Source of the DNA: Myxococcota bacterium
GTDB taxonomy: Bacteria; Myxococcota_A; UBA796; CAJQPC01
Length of the DNA stretch: 21,217 bases
Direction: 5' to 3'
NCBI GenBank assembly: GCA_036012755.1
Contig: DASCPX010000178.1
Coordinates: 1-21,217 of the forward strand
Shown here: in pieces, positions 15,486 to 21,217 of the stretch
How the letters are laid out: each line of letters opens with the position of its first letter
Position numbering within the stretch: the stretch's first letter is position 1
Program-made: the position numbers and the translations under genes
The notes under the pieces: model-generated
What the model saw: only the letters and a program-made list of their open reading frames with translations
What the model was told of the DNA's origin: nothing
Database searches by the model: none

Positions 15486-17492
15486 CTTCGAGACGTAGTC
15501 ACGCAAGTCCCGGAGCTCCTGCGTGAAGGGCTCCTGGACCGGTGGGAAGCGGAAGCCGGTCTTCGGGTCGAGGTCGAAGGCGGTCACGCGGAAGGAGATC
15601 GCGAAGCGCTCGCGCTTCCACTGGGCGTGGCAGAAGAGCCTCACGAAGAGCTCGATGTCATCGGCGAAGCGGCTCGCGTCCCCGCCGTAGTGAGGTCCGA
15701 ACTCCGGCCACAGGGAGCGGAACATCTCGACGGGGTCCTGGGCGCGCTGGACGAACTGGTACATGAGCCGGTCGAGGACCCAGAACGGCATCAGGTCCCC
15801 CTCGTCGGTCTGTCCCTCTCCGGGGGGCCTCAGCTCCGCGGTGGGTTGCTGAGCGTTCACCGCCCCCAGCGACGCCAGGCCGTGGAAGCCCTCTGCCCAG
15901 CGCAGCCAGAGGCTGACGAGGGACTTCGGCACGTCCGCGATCGGCGAGATGCCCCCGGAGGTGTCACCGTCCATCGTCGTGTAGCCGACCGCAGCTTCGC
16001 TCTTGTTGCTCGTGGCCAACAGCAGGCTGTCGTGGAGGTTGGCGATCATCCAGATCAGGGAGCCCCGAAGCCTCGCCTGCACGTTCTGGAGGGCGATGTC
16101 GTCGTCTCGCCAGGTGAGCTCCCGTCCCACCATCGAGCTGGCCAGGCCGACGTGCACGTCCACGGCCTCTTGGATGCCGACCTCGAGGTGGGTCGCGCCG
16201 AGCTCCTCGGCGAGTCCCTTGGCCGCTGCCTGGGTGACGGGGCCCGAGTTCTCCGTGGCCATGTACGCGGTGATCAGCCTTCTCGGGCTGTCGTCGTAGC
16301 GATTCATGCGGCTCACCAGGGTCGCCACCATCGCCGAGTCCCGCCCACCGGAGAGCGCGACGGTGAGGGTCTCGATGCCCGACTTCTTCGTGTAGTCCCG
16401 CAGCCCGAGCGCGATCGCCAGCTCGAGCTCCAGGTGGGGGAGGTCCTCCTGGCGCAGGGACGACGCGAAGCCCATCTCGACCAGCCACTGCAGGCTCGGG
16501 TCCACCGGACCCACGGGCTGGACCTCCCAGTAGGGTGCCGCAGGCGGGGAGGGGTCCCGGGTGGAGAGGTCCGCGTCCACCGCGACGAGCGTGGGGTGGG
16601 CGCCGTGCTCGCCGCGCTCGAATGCGGCCACCTGCTCCCGCCAGCTGCCCTCCTCCATGCGCGCGAGCCGAAGTCGGTCGAGGTCGACGATGTGGGAGCT
16701 GAGCTCCCAGTCCTCGCGGAACAACAGCCGGCGCCCCTCTGCGACGAGGTCGCCGTCGACGCCGATGAGCACGCTGCCGTCGAAGACAAGCCGGGTCGAG
16801 TCGCAGCCCAACAGCGAGGTGTAGAGGTAGCAGCAGTGGTCCTCTCGGCTGATCTGCTCGACCATGGACCGCCGGATGGCGTGCTTGCCGATGACGAACC
16901 AGCTCGCGGAGGGGTTGCAGACGATCTCCGCCCCCGCGAGGGTGTAGGTGCTGCCTGGCCGGATGCCCTTCCAGCCGTCCTCGCAGACCTCGATGCCGAA
17001 GCGGCCGAGGCCCGGGATCTGGAACATGAGCGTGCCTATCGGCAGGGTCAGCCCGTCGGCGCTGTGGAACTCCTCGGCGCGGCCATGGGGCCAGGACTGG
17101 AACCACCGGTTCTCGTACTGCACGTCACCGATCGCCAGGTACTCCTTGCAGACCAGGCCCACACACTCGCGGTCCACCACGACGGCGATCGCGTTGTAGA
17201 GCACGCCGCCGTGCAGCACGGGGAGCCCGACGCAGACAGCGATGTCGTCGCAGTGCTGCTCCAGCCTGCGCAGCATCGCCCAGGAGCGGTCCAGGGTTCC
17301 GCGCCGCATGAGCCGGTCGCCGAGCGAGTAGCCGGGGATGCACATCTCGGGAAGGACCAACAGCCGGGCACCCTCATCCCGGGCGGCGCGGATCACCTCC
17401 ACCAGGCGCCGGAAGTTGCCCTCCCAGTCCCCGACCGTCTGGTTGATGGATGCTGCGGCGACGCGCGTCGAGCGAGGGGAGAGCTCGGCCAT
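15462..17492 (-). CDS. nadE: glutamine-dependent NAD+ synthetase
   Basis: Nitrilase-like domain with E-K-C triad (LPEM, CKEYL, EVCED). Synthetase motifs SGGRDS, QNVQARLR, NKSEAAVGYTT.DGD, PTAELRP and QWKR. Confidence 0.96.
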   Translation of the reverse strand: MAELSPRSTRVAAASINQTVGDWEGNFRRLVEVIRAARDEGARLLVLPEMCIPGYSLGDRLMRRGTLDRSWAMLRRLEQHCDDIAVCVGLPVLHGGVLYNAIAVVVDRECVGLVCKEYLAIGDVQYENRWFQSWPHGRAEEFHSADGLTLPIGTLMFQIPGLGRFGIEVCEDGWKGIRPGSTYTLAGAEIVCNPSASWFVIGKHAIRRSMVEQISREDHCCYLYTSLLGCDSTRLVFDGSVLIGVDGDLVAEGRRLLFREDWELSSHIVDLDRLRLARMEEGSWREQVAAFERGEHGAHPTLVAVDADLSTRDPSPPAAPYWEVQPVGPVDPSLQWLVEMGFASSLRQEDLPHLELELAIALGLRDYTKKSGIETLTVALSGGRDSAMVATLVSRMNRYDDSPRRLITAYMATENSGPVTQAAAKGLAEELGATHLEVGIQEAVDVHVGLASSMVGRELTWRDDDIALQNVQARLRGSLIWMIANLHDSLLLATSNKSEAAVGYTTMDGDTSGGISPIADVPKSLVSLWLRWAEGFHGLASLGAVNAQQPTAELRPPGEGQTDEGDLMPFWVLDRLMYQFVQRAQDPVEMFRSLWPEFGPHYGGDASRFADDIELFVRLFCHAQWKRERFAISFRVTAFDLDPKTGFRFPPVQEPFTQELRDLRDYVSKLPGTDQI

Positions 17493-17504
17493 GAACAAAG
17501 GCTA
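17493..17504 (-). promoter_or_regulatory. -10-like hexamer 6 nt upstream of nadE ATG (candidate leaderless promoter)
   Basis: TAGCCT-TTGTTC-ATG with no SD. Confidence 0.5.
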
Positions 17505-17551
17505 TCGCGTCCGCGGTGCGCTGAGTCCTCGTGGGTGGCGACCAGAGCATG

Positions 17552-17595
17552 GTGGGCGGTGCTCACACGTGGATTCACGCACGAGCACCGCCCAC
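17552..17595 (-). terminator. strong stem-loop 12 nt after the MATE stop (terminator-, stabiliser- or REP-like)
   Basis: GTGGGCGGTGCTC / GAGCACCGCCCAC 13-bp perfect arms plus an inner CGTG/CACG stem. No U-tract on the minus strand. Confidence 0.55.
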
Positions 17596-17607
17596 GGTTC
17601 TGTCTTT

Positions 17608-18975
17608 TCAGGCAGCCCTGCGGATGTCCTTCTTCTTTGCCTTTGCGTCGGCGTCGAGCCAGCGACCGCTGAGGATCCGCCAGCTCGCGACGATGGCGAG
17701 GAAGATGATGTCCGCCGTGAGCCCGAGCCAGGCGCCGACGGCGCCCAGGCCCATCGGGATTGCCAACCAGATGCCCAGCGGCAGCTTCACGAACCAGGCG
17801 GAGAAGACCCCGACCAGCATGGTGAAGCGCGTATCGCCTGCACCCTTCAGCGCGTTGAGCGAGGTCATCGCCACCGCGTCGAAGATCTGGAAGATCGCCG
17901 CGACGACCAGCAGGTTCCGGCCGATGTCGACCACCTCCTGTTCGAGCCCGAAGGGCCACAAGAGCCCGCCAGGAGCGACCAGGAACAGCACACCGCAAGC
18001 GGCCATGATGCCCACGCCGAGCCTGGTGGCGCTGGTCCAGGCCTCTCGGGCGGCCCCGGGTCTCCGGGCACCGAGCGACTGCCCGACCAGCACACCGCCA
18101 GCCTCGCCGACCGCATGCCCTGGCAGGAAGCTCACGCTGATGATGCGGAGCACCACCACGTGGGCCGCCAGCTCGGCCTCGCCGACCCGCGCGAGCAGGC
18201 TGACGAAGATGCCGAAGGCGAGGACATCCAGGACGTACCAGACCGCCAGCGGACTCCCGAGGCGGAAGACCTCTGAGAGCTCGAACGCCCTTGGCCAGGA
18301 GAAGGCACCTGCGAGCCCGCGGCTCCTCCAGAAGAGGAAGGCGAGCCCGACCGCCAGCGCGATGTTCGTCGCGTGAGCGGCTCCTGCGATGCCCAGCGCC
18401 GGCACGGGGCCGAGACCGAAGATCAGCAGGGGGTCGATGGCGATGTTCAGCAGGTTGGCGACGAGCGTCGCGACCATCGGCGTGCGGGTGTCGCCCCGGC
18501 CCTGGAACCACGCGGTGAGCGCGAAGGTGCCGAAGACAAGCGGCGAGCCCAGGATGCGGATGGAGAACCACTCGCTCCCGAGCGACGTCGCGCCTTCGCT
18601 CGCGCCCATCAGGGGGAAGAGCCAGGGCCCGACCCAGAAGGTCGAGGCGACCACAGCACCGAGCGCGGCGGCCCACCACAGCGCCTGCCACCAGAAGTGG
18701 CGGGCACCCTCGTGGTCCTCTGCCCCGGTACGGTGCGACACGGCGACGTTCACGCCACCGAGCAGCCCCATGCCGAGGGCGATGCCGGCCCATGCGGCTA
18801 CACCGGCGATGCCGATGGCCGCGAGGTACTGGGTCCCGAGGCGACCGACGAACAGCGTGTCCGCCGTCGTCATCGCTGTCCGAGACAGCATCGACACCAT
18901 GATCGGCCACGCGAGACCAAAGACGGTGCTGACACCTATGCGTGCGGGCAGGGCGCCCGCTCTTCGCGCCGACAT
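17608..18975 (-). CDS. MATE family efflux transporter
   Basis: About 12 hydrophobic segments, LAWPI...ADTLFVGRLG, QGRGDTRTPM, LKGAGDTRFTM. SD GGAGG. Confidence 0.95.
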   Translation of the reverse strand: MSARRAGALPARIGVSTVFGLAWPIMVSMLSRTAMTTADTLFVGRLGTQYLAAIGIAGVAAWAGIALGMGLLGGVNVAVSHRTGAEDHEGARHFWWQALWWAAALGAVVASTFWVGPWLFPLMGASEGATSLGSEWFSIRILGSPLVFGTFALTAWFQGRGDTRTPMVATLVANLLNIAIDPLLIFGLGPVPALGIAGAAHATNIALAVGLAFLFWRSRGLAGAFSWPRAFELSEVFRLGSPLAVWYVLDVLAFGIFVSLLARVGEAELAAHVVVLRIISVSFLPGHAVGEAGGVLVGQSLGARRPGAAREAWTSATRLGVGIMAACGVLFLVAPGGLLWPFGLEQEVVDIGRNLLVVAAIFQIFDAVAMTSLNALKGAGDTRFTMLVGVFSAWFVKLPLGIWLAIPMGLGAVGAWLGLTADIIFLAIVASWRILSGRWLDADAKAKKKDIRRAA

Positions 18976-18977
18976 GG

Positions 18978-19096
18978 CGCACCTCCAAAGCGCGCGAGCA
19001 GACTCGCGGCTCGGTGAGTCCCCCTCGCGGGGGCTTCGGTTTCAACTGATCCAGGGGACCAGCTGACTCAGTCGGCGACCCCGTCCTGGAGGCACG
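18978..19096 (-). promoter_or_regulatory. structured 5' leader of MATE gene (anti-SD/SD pairing plus hairpins)
   Basis: CGTGCCTCCAGG (19096-19085) can pair with TTTGGAGGTGCG (18989-18978). Internal hairpins at 19042-19066 and 19020-19033 (CCCCC-GCGA-GGGGG). Confidence 0.6.
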
Positions 19097-19118
19097 AGGT
19101 CGTTGCGACAGCGGTCAT
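19068..19118 (-). CDS. putative leader peptide MTAVATTSCLQDGVAD (16 aa)
   Basis: ATG at 19118 to TGA at 19068-19070, ending 92 nt before the MATE ATG. It contains the anti-SD and has no SD of its own. Confidence 0.5.
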   Translation of the reverse strand: MTAVATTSCLQDGVAD

Positions 19119-19202
19119 GACAATGCTGGACATCGGGTCCTCGTGGTGGAATCAGGGCCCAAGTGTTCTGTGCACCCCAAAGCTCTCGACCGTGACGGGT
19201 CT

Positions 19203-20243
19203 GTGACAGGCTCCATTCTCCTGGTCGGAAACCCCACGGCACAGTCCGGAAAGGCAGCGGAGCGCATCAGGCACTCGCTGGAGGCGATGCGCTCGCGGGG
19301 GTGGTCGGCCCACGTGATGGAGACCCTCCCCTCGGGGCGAACGGTGGGCGCCTTGAGGGAACGCCTCGACGAGGACGAGGGCATCGAGGTCGTCGTCTAC
19401 CTTGGCGGGGACGGCACCTTCGCGGAGGTGGCCAAGGGCATCCTCGCTGCGAAGCGCAAGAGACTCCTCGGCATGCTGCCGAGCGGCACGGCCAACGACC
19501 AGGGCAAGTCCTTCGGCGTCAGCGCGGCGAGGGGGGCCCTGGCTCGCAACCTGGATGTGATCGCGGCCCGCCACACGACGCTGCTCGACGTGGGCAAGGT
19601 CGGTCGCATCGGCCTCGACGGTCGCGTCGACGACCTGAACCACGTCTTCCACAGCGTCGGCTGGGGCATGCAGTCCGACATCCTCCAGCAGCGCAACCAG
19701 GATCGGGAGGCGGTCAAGGGCTTCCCGCTGCTGTCGATGCTCTACCGGGACCAGCTGGTCTACGCCGGGGCCGCCTTCGGCAAGCTCATGGAGTCCTACG
19801 TCGAGCCGATCAAGTTCGACGCGCACGTGCGCGTGGACGGCAACGAGCACCACCTCCAGGGGCTCACCGACCTGGTGATCAACGCCACCAGCGTCTACGG
19901 CGGCATGTGGGTGCTCGACCGCGAAGCCGAGCCCGACGACGGTCGCTTCGAGCTCGTCCCGGTCCACGGCCGCAGGGAGTGGGCCAGCAAGGCCCTGCGA
20001 GACCTCGCCCAGGTCCCGCTCTGGGAGGAACACCTCGCTGCCTTCGGCGTGAAGCACCGGGACGGCTTCTCCGGCGGAGACTTCGACGTGGAGCTGGTGC
20101 GCATCGGCGAGGACGAGGTCAGCTCGCAGGTCGACGGCGAGGAGTGGGTCAGCGGCAGTCGCTTCCGGCTCTCGGTCCTTCGCCAGGAGCTCCCGATCAT
20201 CACCCCGGCGGACTGGGTGCCGCCGTGGAGACCTCCCGGGTAG
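19203..20243 (+). CDS. diacylglycerol kinase family lipid kinase (YegS/BmrU-like)
   Basis: ILLVGNPTAQSG, LGGDGT, LPSGTAND and QVDGE. GTG 19203 places the first strand at the N-terminus. Confidence 0.9.
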   Translation: MTGSILLVGNPTAQSGKAAERIRHSLEAMRSRGWSAHVMETLPSGRTVGALRERLDEDEGIEVVVYLGGDGTFAEVAKGILAAKRKRLLGMLPSGTANDQGKSFGVSAARGALARNLDVIAARHTTLLDVGKVGRIGLDGRVDDLNHVFHSVGWGMQSDILQQRNQDREAVKGFPLLSMLYRDQLVYAGAAFGKLMESYVEPIKFDAHVRVDGNEHHLQGLTDLVINATSVYGGMWVLDREAEPDDGRFELVPVHGRREWASKALRDLAQVPLWEEHLAAFGVKHRDGFSGGDFDVELVRIGEDEVSSQVDGEEWVSGSRFRLSVLRQELPIITPADWVPPWRPPG

Positions 20244-20288
20244 GAGCGCCCTGGACAGCGATCGACATCCCGGTGTGCGGAAGCGACG

Positions 20289-20525
20289 TCAGGCGGCGAG
20301 TGGTGCGAGCTCACCCTCCGCGAGTGGCGAGAGGCCGAGCTGAGTCAGGAGTTCGTCGAGGTGACTGGCCGTGACGATCTGCGGGGAGGTGATCTCGATG
20401 CCGACCACAGTGCCACCGTCCTCGTAGTCAACGATCAAGCCTCCTGCACGTCGCTCGGAGCGCACTACGGGCGTCGCGCGCCTCGCCACGTGAAGGTATG
20501 CAGCAAGCGGCAGTCGGCTACCCAT
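20289..20525 (-). CDS. DUF2283-like small protein, probably N-terminally truncated
   Basis: LAAYLHV...GLIVDYEDGGTVVGIEI matches the AY...vDy...G.vvGIEI pattern of DUF2283. The start is uncertain. Confidence 0.65.
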   Translation of the reverse strand: MGSRLPLAAYLHVARRATPVVRSERRAGGLIVDYEDGGTVVGIEITSPQIVTASHLDELLTQLGLSPLAEGELAPLAA

Positions 20526-20559
20526 CGGTCGGGGACCTGGTCCCGCAACACCAGCATCG

Positions 20560-20928
20560 TGCGCCTTCCTGGCGGTTTGGCAGGGCACCCGCAGCCTCCG
20601 CATCACAGCGGTCGCAGGCGTCGACGTCGAGGCCTGCATCGCGAGGGGCCGAGGGGTTGGCTGGATTGTCCTTGCATCCCGACTCTGGCCTGGACTGAGA
20701 CTGGGGCAGCTGAGGGGCTCAGCGACACCGCCAGGAGGGCACTATGCGGACCCGGCCCAGTACCGGGGCATCTCCTGGATCGACTTCCCCTACACCTACA
20801 GCGAGAGGTCCCTGGATGACGTGTGGACGAGCCCGGACAGCGGCGATGCCTGGGAGAAGATCTGCGCCGAGGTCCCCGGAACGCCGCCTTCGCCCTGCTT
20901 CAACACCCGCACCTTCGAGGTGAGGTGA
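20560..20928 (+). pseudogene. start-less gene remnant (3' end of an unknown gene)
   Basis: The frame is open from 20494 to TGA 20926-20928 with no usable start. The segment HYADPAQYRGISWIDFPYTY...FNTRTFEVR has strong GC3 bias and its stop overlaps the next ATG (TGATG). Confidence 0.55.
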
Positions 20929-21217
20929 TGCTGCTCGTCGTGCTCGTCGGCTGCGGGACCGGTGACCCCTGCTCCTGGGCTCATGGGAGTTGGGAGCAGG
21001 AGGCTGTGGTCGTGGCCGGCGAGGACGTCGGCGGAGACAGCGGGCAGTCGCTGGTCTTGTCACCAGACGCCTTCGAGTACGTCGCCACCGCCGAGCCCTG
21101 GTCATACGTGCCAGAGGACCCCGAGTGTTCCTCGCTGCGGGCGTCCGTAGGGGATCGGTCCTACCGCATCGAGAAGACTGGCGAGGAGCTGACCCTACGC
21201 CTGGGCACGGTCCGCGC
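20928..21217 (+). CDS. lipoprotein of unknown function (partial, runs off window)
   Basis: GAGGTGAGG SD-like sequence, TGATG coupling, MLLVVLVGCGTGDPC..., open to the window end. Not in the ORF track. Confidence 0.75.
   Translation, partial: MLLVVLVGCGTGDPCSWAHGSWEQEAVVVAGEDVGGDSGQSLVLSPDAFEYVATAEPWSYVPEDPECSSLRASVGDRSYRIEKTGEELTLRLGTVR

Noticed and set aside
15627..17672. Long antisense or alternate-frame ORFs (also 2381-3646, 2661-4280, 9195-10910, 10919-12649, 13552-14961, 17393-19045)
   Set aside because: Typical high-GC shadow ORFs overlapping well-supported genes, with no recognisable motifs.
18976..19140. Known metabolite riboswitch upstream of MATE
   Set aside because: No FMN, SAM, TPP or cobalamin consensus recognisable by eye. 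The uORF/anti-SD model fits better. An Rfam scan would settle it.
20744..20928. Gene starting at ATG 20744 behind AGGAGG
   Set aside because: That frame has poor codon bias and low-complexity translation. The coding-like frame is a different one.
1..21217. CRISPR array, tRNA or rRNA genes
   Set aside because: No regularly spaced repeats or RNA-gene signatures were seen. Nearly all sequence is accounted for by CDSs.

Overview
High-GC bacterial window, most likely Myxococcota-like (inferred from a MYXO-CTERM-type tail and many acidic lipoproteins). It is accessory and envelope-focused. Left to right: (1) the left end of an IS3-family element and a decayed receiver-domain gene; (2) a minus-strand operon of aryl-sulfate sulfotransferase-like lipoprotein, an internally duplicated lipoprotein and a stand-alone PqqD/RRE-like protein; (3) a lipoprotein with a MYXO-CTERM-like tail plus a small lipoprotein; (4) a SAM methyltransferase with an RRE-like N-terminus; (5) a thermolysin (M4) gene whose HExxH segment is deleted; (6) an SGNH-like membrane protein and a GAF-GGDEF cyclase; (7) four translationally coupled lipoproteins (vWA, Ig/PD40 propeller with CxxCH, CapA-family metallo-hydrolase, unknown); (8) glutamine-dependent nadE, a MATE pump, a DAG-kinase-family gene, a truncated DUF2283 gene, a start-less remnant and a partial lipoprotein. 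Three signals stand out. Seven genes start with ultra-short 8-9 aa, uncharged lipobox-type signal peptides. A 16-codon uORF carrying an anti-SD lies upstream of the MATE pump, a candidate translational attenuator. A TANNNT-N6-start motif recurs, suggesting leaderless mRNAs. All family calls are from motifs read by eye; no database searches were run.
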